NCBI GenBank assembly: GCA_964527555.1
Contig: CAZGOG010000001.1
Coordinates: 52,602 to 116,601, forward strand
From: an uncultured Planctomycetia bacterium
GTDB taxonomy: Bacteria > Omnitrophota > Gorgyraeia > Tantalellales > Tantalellaceae
DNA: 64,000 bases
Direction of reading: 5' to 3'
The position numbers and the translations under genes are program-made. This document shows, piece after piece, positions 40,042 to 48,653 of this stretch (the stretch's first letter is position 1; each line of letters begins with the position of its first letter). The notes beneath the pieces were generated by a model. The model had not been told where the DNA came from and made no database searches. It saw only the letters and a list, made by a program, of their open reading frames with translations.

Positions 40042-40755
40042 CTATATCGTCATCAAGTCTTCCACTTCTTTCGTGCCTTTATCCGTCACTTTTTCCAGAA
40101 CACCGTCTTTCATGTAATACTCGGTGTGAAAAAAATCCTTCTCCACCTCCTGATGGGAGACCACGACCACGCTCATGCCGCTTGCTTCACTGATTTTATA
40201 AAGAAGATCATAGATCTCTTCGCTCATTTTTGAGTCGAGGTTACCCGTCGGTTCATCGCAGAAGATGACATCGGGTGAATTCACCAGTGCCCGGGCTATC
40301 GCCGTCCTCTGCGCCTCACCGCCTGAAATCTGATGCGTGCGGTGTTTGAGGCGGTCCGACATCCCGACCATATCCAGAAGTCCCTTCGCCCTGGATTTGA
40401 TCTTCCCGGAAGAAGCGCCGCCTTTTATCATCGCCGGGAGCATAACGTTCTCAAGCACATTCAGTTCGCTTAAAAGATGATAAAACTGGAAAATAAACCC
40501 GAAGTTCCTGTTGCGCAGGCTGCTTCTCTTCCTGTCGCTGAGGGCGTATATGCTTTTTTCGCGGAAGCTGACTTTTCCCGCTGTGGGTTTATCCAGCGCG
40601 CCAAGCACATGGAGAAGTGTGGACTTGCCCGCGCCGGAAGGGCCGTGCACATATACGCGTTCGCCTTCATCTACGCGGATATCTGCTTCTTTCACCGCAT
40701 GAACGCTTCTAAACCCCTGCTTATAGACCTTGTTTATGTTCTGGGCAACTATCAT
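40042..40755 (-). CDS. lolD: Lipoprotein-release ABC ATPase
   Basis: GPSGAGKST, FQFYHLL, DEPTGNLD; follows lolC/E; start revised to 40755. Confidence 0.88.
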   Translation of the reverse strand: MIVAQNINKVYKQGFRSVHAVKEADIRVDEGERVYVHGPSGAGKSTLLHVLGALDKPTAGKVSFREKSIYALSDRKRSSLRNRNFGFIFQFYHLLSELNVLENVMLPAMIKGGASSGKIKSRAKGLLDMVGMSDRLKHRTHQISGGEAQRTAIARALVNSPDVIFCDEPTGNLDSKMSEEIYDLLYKISEASGMSVVVVSHQEVEKDFFHTEYYMKDGVLEKVTDKGTKEVEDLMTI

Positions 40756-40769
40756 ATTATTTAAAACCT

Positions 40770-41981
40770 TTACTCGTACCTTATCGCTTTTACCGGGTCG
40801 AGCCTCGAGGCTTTCCATGCGGGATAGATCCCGGCAAGAAGCGTGAGAGCCAGCGCGACAGAGATGACCGTGCATACATCGGGAGTGCTCACCACAACCG
40901 GTATTTCCGTAAAATAGTACACATCGCTCGGGAAAAGAGTGAAGCCGGTCACTTTTTCTATAAAGTCGGCTATTATGTTCACCCTGCCCGCGATATAAAT
41001 GCCGGCAAAACCCCCGGCCAGTATTCCAAGAGCGCCCACGATCGCCCCTTCCAGGAGAAATATGAGACTGACTCCGCGCGAGTTAGCGCCGATCGCCTTA
41101 AGTATACCGATATCCCTGGTCTTTTCCATGACCATCATTATAAGGGAACCGGCGATATTGAAACACGCTACCATGACGATTAGAGCAAGTATTATAAACA
41201 TCATCTTCTTCTCAAGCGCCAGGGCGTTCACTAAATTTCTGTCAAGGTCCATCCAGCTCTTAACGATATACGGGTACCCCAAAGCGCTCTGGAGGCTCCA
41301 CTTCAGGTTCTCGGCGTCCATCTCGTCTTTTACTTTGAGGCCGATACCGGTGACTTTCCCGTCCATACGGAAAAGTTTCTGGGCGTCTTCCACCCGTACT
41401 ACGCCGATATTCGCATCGTAATCATAGCGTCCGGAACTGAAGCTGCCTATAACTTTAAGCCGGTTTTTTTCAAGGTCTATCACCGAATAAGGCATGATGA
41501 TCTCGACGGTATCGCCCGCCTTTATCCCGTAGTTCTTCATGAGCTCGCTTCCAAGGACGATAGTGCCACCCTCCAGTCGCCCGCCGCTTTCACCGGTAAA
41601 CTTTATGACATCGGTTACTTCCGACTCCTTGTCCGTGTCTATACCTTTTAATAGTATGCCGACTACATCCCCTTCTTTCCTGAGGATGGCCTGACCGGTG
41701 ATAAAACTCGAGGCGCTTTCCACCTCCGGCATCGATTCCAGTCTGGAGATAACGCTCTCCGGGTCCGCCAGACCCCCTTCTTTCATGACGACCATGTGGG
41801 CGTAAGTGCCTATGATCTTCTTTTTCACCTCTTCGTCGAACCCGTTCATTATAGATAAGACTATGATGAGCGACGCCACCCCCAAAGCCACTCCGAGGAC
41901 AGAGATAGCCCCTATGAGGGAGATCATGCCTTCCCTTTTCTTCGAGAAAAAATATCTAATGCTAATAAACAGAGTCCACAT
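40770..41981 (-). CDS. Lipoprotein-release ABC permease LolC/E
   Basis: LSIMNGF, VACFNI, EKTRDIGILKAIG, YPAWKASRLDP; start revised to 41981. Confidence 0.9.
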   Translation of the reverse strand: MWTLFISIRYFFSKKREGMISLIGAISVLGVALGVASLIIVLSIMNGFDEEVKKKIIGTYAHMVVMKEGGLADPESVISRLESMPEVESASSFITGQAILRKEGDVVGILLKGIDTDKESEVTDVIKFTGESGGRLEGGTIVLGSELMKNYGIKAGDTVEIIMPYSVIDLEKNRLKVIGSFSSGRYDYDANIGVVRVEDAQKLFRMDGKVTGIGLKVKDEMDAENLKWSLQSALGYPYIVKSWMDLDRNLVNALALEKKMMFIILALIVMVACFNIAGSLIMMVMEKTRDIGILKAIGANSRGVSLIFLLEGAIVGALGILAGGFAGIYIAGRVNIIADFIEKVTGFTLFPSDVYYFTEIPVVVSTPDVCTVISVALALTLLAGIYPAWKASRLDPVKAIRYE

Positions 41982-41988
41982 AGTTTTT

Positions 41989-43419
41989 TTATTCTGGACG
42001 CAGCTGCGGGAAGAAAATAACATCCCGTATGCTCGCTGAATCGGTGAAAATCATCGCGAGGCGGTCCATACCGATCCCCAGTCCCCCTGCGGGCGGCATA
42101 CCGTATTCAAGCGCCCTGACAAAATCCTCGTCCATCATCGCTTCCGGATCAGCTTCAACCTGCTCTTCGAACCTCTTCTTCTGATCGATGGGGTCATTGA
42201 GCTCCGAGTAGGCGTTAGCCACTTCCATGCCTCCTATGTACAGCTCAAACCGCTCCACCAGCGTCGGATCGTCCTTCTTGCATTTAGCCAGGGGGCTGAG
42301 TTCCTTGAACATGTCGACGACAAAAACGGGGTGAGTCTCAGTCTCGGGCTCGACCAGCTCGCCCACTATATTTATGATCTGGGTCTTGCTTACCTTATCC
42401 CCCTCTATCTCTATACCCTTGGCTTTGAGTTTACTGACCCACTCATCAAGCGGATCATCTGATTTAATGCCGAAATTCTTCTCCATAAGTTCAGCAAACG
42501 AGACTTTCTTCCACAGCGTAAGGTCCACGTCACGCCCCCCGTAGGTGAACTTCTCGCTTCCCAAAAGAGCCCGAGCGCTGGAACGTACCAGCTCTTCCGT
42601 AAGTTTCATCATGCCCTCACAGTCGGAATACGCCTGGTAGACCTCCATCATGGTGAATTCCGGGTTATGCCTGGTGGAGATGCCCTCGTTACGGAAAGAG
42701 CGGTTGATCTCGAAAACTTTCTCGAACCCTCCGACAAGGAGTTTTTTTAGGTATATCTCCGGCGCTATCCTCAGAAAAAGGTCCATATCCAGAGCTTCAT
42801 GATGCGTCTTGAAGGGTTTGCCGGCAGCGCCTCCCGGGATGGGATGCATCATCGGCGTCTCTACCTCCAGAAAACCTTTTTTTATAAGTTCCGTGCGGAT
42901 ATGCTGGATAAGCGCTATGCGCACTTTGAACTTCTCACGCGCGGAATCGTTTACTATGAGATCAACGTACCTCTGGCGGTACCTCGTCTCCACGTCCTTA
43001 AGGCCGTGCCATTTCTCGGGAAGCGGGAGGAGTGACTTTGAGACTACCCGGTAGGTATCGACCTTTATCGTATCCTCCCCCGTACGCGTCTTGAAGAGCT
43101 CGCCTTCCACTCCGATTATGTCGCCTATATCCAGGCTGCTCAAGAGCTCAAAAGCCTCTTCGCCTATACCGTCCTTTTTCATGTAAAGCTGGATCTTACC
43201 GGTAAAATCCTTGATATCCATAAAGGCGCTTTTACCGTGCTCGCGCCTGGCCATTATCCTGCCGGCTGCTTTTACCTTTTTGCCTTCGGAATAATCGTTT
43301 TTAACAGATTCTATTGACTGGCTGCCGGGAAAGTTCTCCCTGAAAGGATCTATGCCGCTTGCTTTAAGTTTTTCAAGGTTCTTGTACCTCTGCTCGATGA
43401 TCTCGTTTCTTTCTTCCAT
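41989..43419 (-). CDS. lysS: Lysine-tRNA ligase, class II
   Basis: RYRQRYVDL, FRNEGISTRHNPEF, YGMPPAGGLGIG. Confidence 0.97.
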   Translation of the reverse strand: MEERNEIIEQRYKNLEKLKASGIDPFRENFPGSQSIESVKNDYSEGKKVKAAGRIMARREHGKSAFMDIKDFTGKIQLYMKKDGIGEEAFELLSSLDIGDIIGVEGELFKTRTGEDTIKVDTYRVVSKSLLPLPEKWHGLKDVETRYRQRYVDLIVNDSAREKFKVRIALIQHIRTELIKKGFLEVETPMMHPIPGGAAGKPFKTHHEALDMDLFLRIAPEIYLKKLLVGGFEKVFEINRSFRNEGISTRHNPEFTMMEVYQAYSDCEGMMKLTEELVRSSARALLGSEKFTYGGRDVDLTLWKKVSFAELMEKNFGIKSDDPLDEWVSKLKAKGIEIEGDKVSKTQIINIVGELVEPETETHPVFVVDMFKELSPLAKCKKDDPTLVERFELYIGGMEVANAYSELNDPIDQKKRFEEQVEADPEAMMDEDFVRALEYGMPPAGGLGIGMDRLAMIFTDSASIRDVIFFPQLRPE

Positions 43420-43513
43420 AACGGTTCCTTTTCACCTTTACCGGAATAATGACAAAACCGCCCATCCTCTACCATTAGAATAGAGCGCGCTCCATATTAT
43501 ATAACATCACAAA

Positions 43514-43542
43514 ATTATATCTATTATGAATAGAACTGTCAA
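43514..43542 (-). promoter_or_regulatory. Consensus sigma70 promoter upstream of lysS
   Basis: Perfect TTGACA-N17-TATAAT on the minus strand. Confidence 0.8.
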
Positions 43543-43653
43543 TGTAATTAAATTATTTTAATATCCGGGGATGATGCAAATGCATTATCTTATATAAGTT
43601 TATACAGGTTTATGCGGGTTTATATATGCTGTTGCGGATGTGTATGATATAGG

Positions 43654-45642
43654 TCAGCTGATAAGTTTTCTAAACTGGTCTTCCGTGATTACTTTTATGC
43701 CTTTTTTCTTGGCTTCATCGAGTTTTGAACCGGCCTTCTCTCCCGCAACGACAAAGTCGACTGTAGCGCTTATGCTTGAAGAGGCCTCGCCGCCTTCGGA
43801 CTCAACCAGTTCCTTGGCCTCGGAACGGCTCATGCTCTCCAGGCTTCCGGTAAAAACGATTCTTTTGCCCAGGAGTTTGCCCTTGGCCGGTTTCTTCTTC
43901 TCTTGGACGATAACACCGGTTGCCTTAAGTTTTTCGATCTCAGCCAGGTTCTTCTTCTCCCTGAAAAAGTCGGTTATGCTTTCGGAGATCTCGGGCCCTA
44001 TCTCGTTTATGGATTCCAGCTTCCCTTTATCCGCCGCCATGATATTTTCCAAAGTACCGAATCTCGCCGCAAGAAGAGTGGCTATATGCTTACCGACGTT
44101 CCTTATACCCAGACCGAATATAAACCTTTCAAGCGTGACATCCTTGGATTTTTCTATGGCGCCCAAGAGATTCTCCGTCTTCTTCTCTTTAAACCCTTCC
44201 AGCGCGAGGAGGTCTTCCTTCTTCAGGATATATATATCCGATATGCTTTTAATAAGCCCCTTGTCATGGAGAAGCTCCACCGTCTTATCCGAAAAACCCT
44301 CTATGTCCACCGCGCCCTTACTCGCATAATGCGTTATAGCTTCTTTAAGCTGCGCGGGACAGGCCAGACCCGCGGGACAGCGGTAAAAGACGTCTTCCTT
44401 CTCGACAGAAGCCCCGCAGCTCGGGCACTTCGCGGGCATATGGAACGCTTTTTCTTTGCCGGTGCGCTTCTCTTTCACCACTTCCGAGACGTAAGGGATG
44501 ACGTCACCCGCTCTTTCGACTTTTACATAGTCGCCTTTCTTCAGGCCCAGTTTCTCTATCTGGTCCATATTGTGAAGCGTCGCGCGTGAGACCGTCACCC
44601 CGCTTACCTCGACGGGCTGAAGAAGCGCAAGAGGCGTAAGCACGCCGGTCCTGCCGACTTGCACGGCTATATCTTCAACGCGTGTCACCTCCCTGCGCGG
44701 CTTGAACTTATAGGCGACCGCCCACTTGGGATTGGTGGTACGCACCCCCAGCTTTTCCTGAGCCTTTATATCATTCACCTTGATGACCACCCCGTCTATC
44801 TCGTAATCAAGATCGTCACGCTTCTCCTCAAGGACGTGGTGATAGCTGATCGCTTCCTCGATGGTCCTGCAGTGTCTGACGCTGGGCGAAATATGGAACC
44901 CGTACTCTTTAAGAAGACCAAGCGCCTCCATCTGGGTAGAAGGCATCTTTTCCGAAAGATCAAGTATCCTGTAGCAGTAGACGTGGAGCTTCCGCGTCGC
45001 TGTTATCCTCCAGTCAAGCTGGCGCATGGAACCGGCCGCGACATTGCGCGGGTTCGCGTAAGTGTCTTTACCCTCTTCGGTCTGTTTTTTGTTAAGAGCG
45101 TTAAAATCTTTTATGTGCATCATGACTTCCCCGCGCACCGCGAGCCTTTCAGGCGGCTTCTTCCCCTTAAGCTCTTTAGGCACGTTTGCAACGGTTTTAA
45201 GGTTCAGCGTAACGTCTTCGCCTGTTATTCCGTCACCGCGCGTGGAGCCCCTTACGAATCTGCCCGCCTCATACACAAGCTCTATACTCATCCCGTCAAG
45301 TTTGGGTTCGCAGACGTAATCTATTTCCCCGCCTGCCTCTTTCTTGCACGTCTTATCGAAGTGCCGCGCGCCTGCCTCGTCGCTTACGCTCTCAAGGCTC
45401 AGCATTGCGGAAGTATGCTTCACCTTCACGAACTTCTCCGGTATAGGCGCGCCGACTGTCTGCGTGGGGGAATCGCTTCTCAGATACTCGGGATGCTCCT
45501 CTTCAAGTCTCTTAAGCTTCTTCAGAAGCTCATCGTACCTGGCATCCGAGATCTCGGGCTTTCCTTCCACGTAGTAGAGCCTGTTATGCCGCTTTAACTC
45601 TTTACGCAGCTCATCTATCCTCTTTTTTACTTCCCTGGTCAT
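43654..45642 (-). CDS. ligA: NAD-dependent DNA ligase
   Basis: EPKLDG, RGDG, NPRN, VGRTG, zinc finger, HhH, BRCT. Confidence 0.97.
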   Translation of the reverse strand: MTREVKKRIDELRKELKRHNRLYYVEGKPEISDARYDELLKKLKRLEEEHPEYLRSDSPTQTVGAPIPEKFVKVKHTSAMLSLESVSDEAGARHFDKTCKKEAGGEIDYVCEPKLDGMSIELVYEAGRFVRGSTRGDGITGEDVTLNLKTVANVPKELKGKKPPERLAVRGEVMMHIKDFNALNKKQTEEGKDTYANPRNVAAGSMRQLDWRITATRKLHVYCYRILDLSEKMPSTQMEALGLLKEYGFHISPSVRHCRTIEEAISYHHVLEEKRDDLDYEIDGVVIKVNDIKAQEKLGVRTTNPKWAVAYKFKPRREVTRVEDIAVQVGRTGVLTPLALLQPVEVSGVTVSRATLHNMDQIEKLGLKKGDYVKVERAGDVIPYVSEVVKEKRTGKEKAFHMPAKCPSCGASVEKEDVFYRCPAGLACPAQLKEAITHYASKGAVDIEGFSDKTVELLHDKGLIKSISDIYILKKEDLLALEGFKEKKTENLLGAIEKSKDVTLERFIFGLGIRNVGKHIATLLAARFGTLENIMAADKGKLESINEIGPEISESITDFFREKKNLAEIEKLKATGVIVQEKKKPAKGKLLGKRIVFTGSLESMSRSEAKELVESEGGEASSSISATVDFVVAGEKAGSKLDEAKKKGIKVITEDQFRKLIS

Positions 45643-45650
45643 GATAAAAC

Positions 45651-47384
45651 CTATCGTTTTAGCGCCTTTATAAGTTTATCAAAAGTGTAAGTATTAAGCA
45701 CGTCTTTCTTCTCGAGCCAGCCGCGCCTGGCGGTTATCACGCCGTAGACCATACCGTCAAGCTGCCCCGTCGCGTGGGCGTCGGTATTAATGGTGATCTT
45801 CGCGCCGAGCTCTTTGGCGCGCCGCGCGTGCGCGTCGTTCAGGTCTATCCTGTCGCCGTGGGTGTTTATCTCTAAAAATATATTATGCCCGGCGGCTTTT
45901 TTGAATACCTTGTCAAAATCAAGCTGAAGCGCCTTACGCGTAGTGATGAGCCTGCCGGAAGGATGCGCCAGGATATTCACGTATTTATTATCCATGGCTT
46001 TTAAAACGCGTGCGGTCTGTTTCTCTTTCGGCAGGGAAAACTTCGAATGGATAGCCGCTATCACCACGTCCAGCTCTTTAATCGCGTAGTCTTCAAGGTC
46101 GAGCTTGCCGTCTTCAAGTATATCCACTTCTATCCCGGTAAGCACTTTTATGCCTTTTTCTTTCTGCGCTATTCTTTTTATTTTCTCAAGCTGTTTTAAA
46201 AGGCGCTTCTCATCCATCCCACCCGCCACACGCACAAGTTTAGAATGATCGGTTATCGCCATATATTTATATCCCCTGGCCTTGGCCGCGGCGATCATCT
46301 CTTCAGCAGGCGCCTGGCCGTCAGTCTCGCTGGTATGCATGTGGAGGTCACCCTTGATGTCCTTTATCTCTAAAAGCTCATCCGGAAGTTTCCCCTTAAG
46401 TGCCGCTTCTATCTCGCCCTGCGCTTCACGCAGTTCCGGCGGTATATACTCCATGCCGAGCACCTTGTAGACTTCTTCTTCGGTCTTACCGGCGATAAAC
46501 TTTTCTTTGCCGCTTTTACTTACGGAAAATATCCCGTACTCGCTTACCTTGTAGCCCCTTCCTTTGGCGATCTTGCGCACTTCGACGTTATGCTGCTTGG
46601 AGCCGGTAAAGTAAAGTAGCGCCGCCCCGACTCGCTCCTTCTCTATCACGCGCAGGTCCACCTGCGGCCCTTCCTTTAAAGATACGCTCGACTTGGTGGA
46701 GCCTTTGGCTATCACACTTTCGACTCCCGGGTAAGCCGTAAAGTAGTCCATGGCTTTTTTGCCGTCGGAAGCGACTGCAAGTATATCCAGGTCGCCCACC
46801 GTCTCCTTACCCCTGCGGAGGCTGCCGGCTTTCTCGAGAATCTTGAAATTCCTGGATTTCTTTAAATACTCAATGATCCTGTCCGCATAGTAATACGCTT
46901 CGGGAAGAAGCATCCTTCCTTCTTTTTTTCTGAAATGCTTTATCGCCTCCAGAAGTTTTTCCTGCGTCTTCTCGCCCATGCCTTCGATACTCGCGAGTTT
47001 TCCCTTCTGGCAGGCTTTCTCGAGATCATCTACGTTTTTTACGCCGAGTGAGTCACTGAGTTTTTTCAGTTTCCTGGGCCCCAGCCCCGCAAGGTCCAGC
47101 ATATCCAGAAAGTGCGCCGGGAACTCCTTCATGAGCTCCTCATAATATTTGAGGCGGCCCGTCTCCACGAGCTCGATGATCTTTTCTTTAAGGTCCTTGC
47201 CTATACCGGGGATATTATCAAGGTTTTCCGCGTCCTCTTTATATATCTCCTCAAGCTGACGGGAAAGGTTAATCACGTTCTGCGCGGCGAGGCGGTACGC
47301 CCTGATCCTGAAGACATTCTCGCCTTTTATCTCAAGGGCGTCGGCGATACGCGAAAATATCGAAGAGACAGTCTTATTATCCAT
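45651..47384 (-). CDS. polX: DNA polymerase X with PHP domain
   Basis: GSLRR, GDLDIL, VDLRV, YFTGSK; PHP motifs DLHMHT, TDHS, HP, NTDAH. Confidence 0.95.
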   Translation of the reverse strand: MDNKTVSSIFSRIADALEIKGENVFRIRAYRLAAQNVINLSRQLEEIYKEDAENLDNIPGIGKDLKEKIIELVETGRLKYYEELMKEFPAHFLDMLDLAGLGPRKLKKLSDSLGVKNVDDLEKACQKGKLASIEGMGEKTQEKLLEAIKHFRKKEGRMLLPEAYYYADRIIEYLKKSRNFKILEKAGSLRRGKETVGDLDILAVASDGKKAMDYFTAYPGVESVIAKGSTKSSVSLKEGPQVDLRVIEKERVGAALLYFTGSKQHNVEVRKIAKGRGYKVSEYGIFSVSKSGKEKFIAGKTEEEVYKVLGMEYIPPELREAQGEIEAALKGKLPDELLEIKDIKGDLHMHTSETDGQAPAEEMIAAAKARGYKYMAITDHSKLVRVAGGMDEKRLLKQLEKIKRIAQKEKGIKVLTGIEVDILEDGKLDLEDYAIKELDVVIAAIHSKFSLPKEKQTARVLKAMDNKYVNILAHPSGRLITTRKALQLDFDKVFKKAAGHNIFLEINTHGDRIDLNDAHARRAKELGAKITINTDAHATGQLDGMVYGVITARRGWLEKKDVLNTYTFDKLIKALKR

Positions 47385-47437
47385 GTTTATGATTGCAGGT
47401 AGAGCCCTTACGGATAAAATATAACTATTTACTAGTG

Positions 47438-47466
47438 ATTATACCTATTATAAAGGAAAGGGACAA
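47438..47466 (-). promoter_or_regulatory. Putative sigma70 promoter of polX-ligA
   Basis: TTGTCC-N17-TATAAT on the minus strand, starting 2 bp after the end of the repeat element. Confidence 0.6.
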
Positions 47467-47468
47467 GC

Positions 47469-47629
47469 TGAATCTCCACGGACTCACGTCCGTGGTTTCA
47501 TCCCTTTGCGACCTTCGGCCGATATAGTTCTGCATCCACGGCCTTAACATCCGTGGTGTTCCTTCGTTCTAAGTACAAAATATCTTTCCTCAGAGATTCA
47601 CGGTGAGCGAACGAAGTGAGTCGAACCAT
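47469..47629. repeat. Dispersed element, subtype B, full-length copy (161 bp)
   Basis: TGAATCTC...GAGATTCA inverted repeat, two CCACGG..CCGTGG hairpins, terminal GGTGAGCGAACGAAGTGAGTCGAACC hairpin. Confidence 0.93.
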
Positions 47630-47648
47630 AAAAGGAGGCTCTTTTTGG

Positions 47649-48551
47649 TTAAGTATTATACCACCTGCGGATAACAAACTTTTCCCTGCCCTTGGCGTCG
47701 TCTCGATAGTCATCGACCGGGACTTTTTTCCTTAAGGTCTTGTCCAGGACTTCCGCGAGACTGCGCACCTTGACTCCGCCTTGATTGCCTTCTTTAGTTT
47801 TATCATAATCCAGGCGGCTTTCGATAACGCGCCTTTTATCAAGAACGATGATGACGTGTCCGTCCCAGACGATCAAATCCAAGGGTTCTACCTGCTGGAT
47901 GATCTCGTCTGCGCCGCGTCCTGAAATCTCTACCGGTTCCCCGTAATTTATTAGCGCGCTTGTGTTCCTCGGGGTAACGCCGTCGGTCGCTTCATAAAGG
48001 AGGCCGGAACAGTCCACCCCTTCAAGCTTCCACTTCTTCCGCATCTGGCCGGATAAATCTGAAGAAGGCGGATACCAGCGGAGCATCTCCTTTATCCCCT
48101 CTTTGTAATTACCACCCCAGATATAAATGCTTCCGACGCTGGAGAGTAGATTCTGTATGATCTTTTCCCTGCAGGGAAGCTTTTTAATCCTGTCAGGCAC
48201 TTTATAGTCTAAAGTCTTCACGGATCTTTTATCGATAAAGTAACCCGTCTTCGTCGGATAGGGATAATCACCGGTAGTGACTTTATATATGGTGATATCT
48301 TCTTTTTTGATCGTGTCCTGGATACTGAAGACCGTGCCGGCGAGCGCTATAAACTCCACTTCACGGATAAGTCCGGACTTATCAACTTTAAGCGTCCTGC
48401 CGTCTCCCCCGCCAAAAACCGAGGAAAAATCCGGCGTGTTTAGTACCGGCGTCGGCCCCTGCGCGACCGCATAAAGTTCTTCCGCCTCGCAGTAAGTACA
48501 AACTGCTGTAATAATAAAGAGGACGACTATTAAAGGTAAGACTTTCTTCAT
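47649..48551 (-). CDS. Secreted NlpC/P60 cysteine peptidase (probable peptidoglycan hydrolase)
   Basis: Signal peptide; YIWGG, GVDCSGL, GHV...IES catalytic Cys-His-Glu pattern. Confidence 0.85.
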   Translation of the reverse strand: MKKVLPLIVVLFIITAVCTYCEAEELYAVAQGPTPVLNTPDFSSVFGGGDGRTLKVDKSGLIREVEFIALAGTVFSIQDTIKKEDITIYKVTTGDYPYPTKTGYFIDKRSVKTLDYKVPDRIKKLPCREKIIQNLLSSVGSIYIWGGNYKEGIKEMLRWYPPSSDLSGQMRKKWKLEGVDCSGLLYEATDGVTPRNTSALINYGEPVEISGRGADEIIQQVEPLDLIVWDGHVIIVLDKRRVIESRLDYDKTKEGNQGGVKVRSLAEVLDKTLRKKVPVDDYRDDAKGREKFVIRRWYNT

Positions 48552-48653
48552 GTAAGCCCACTCTTCCGTTAGAAGAAAAAGATTAACGGTTTAGGTTGGT
48601 ATTCTATCACAAGATTTTACAACTATAGAGAAGAATCTAAAAAATGGGGGTCT

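Noticed and set aside
47469-47629. Hammerhead ribozyme in subtype B (CTGAGGA...GAAAC on the minus strand)
   Set aside because: No NUH cleavage triplet follows the putative stem III (it reads GGAG), and the core is not conserved in subtype A
8930-47629. Repeats as a CRISPR array or classical TIR MITE
   Set aside because: Copies are dispersed with no spacers or cas genes; the inverted repeat is not terminal on one side and there is no target-site duplication
47498-47713. 71-aa minus-strand ORF
   Set aside because: It is largely a translation of the repeat element and overlaps the NlpC/P60 gene end
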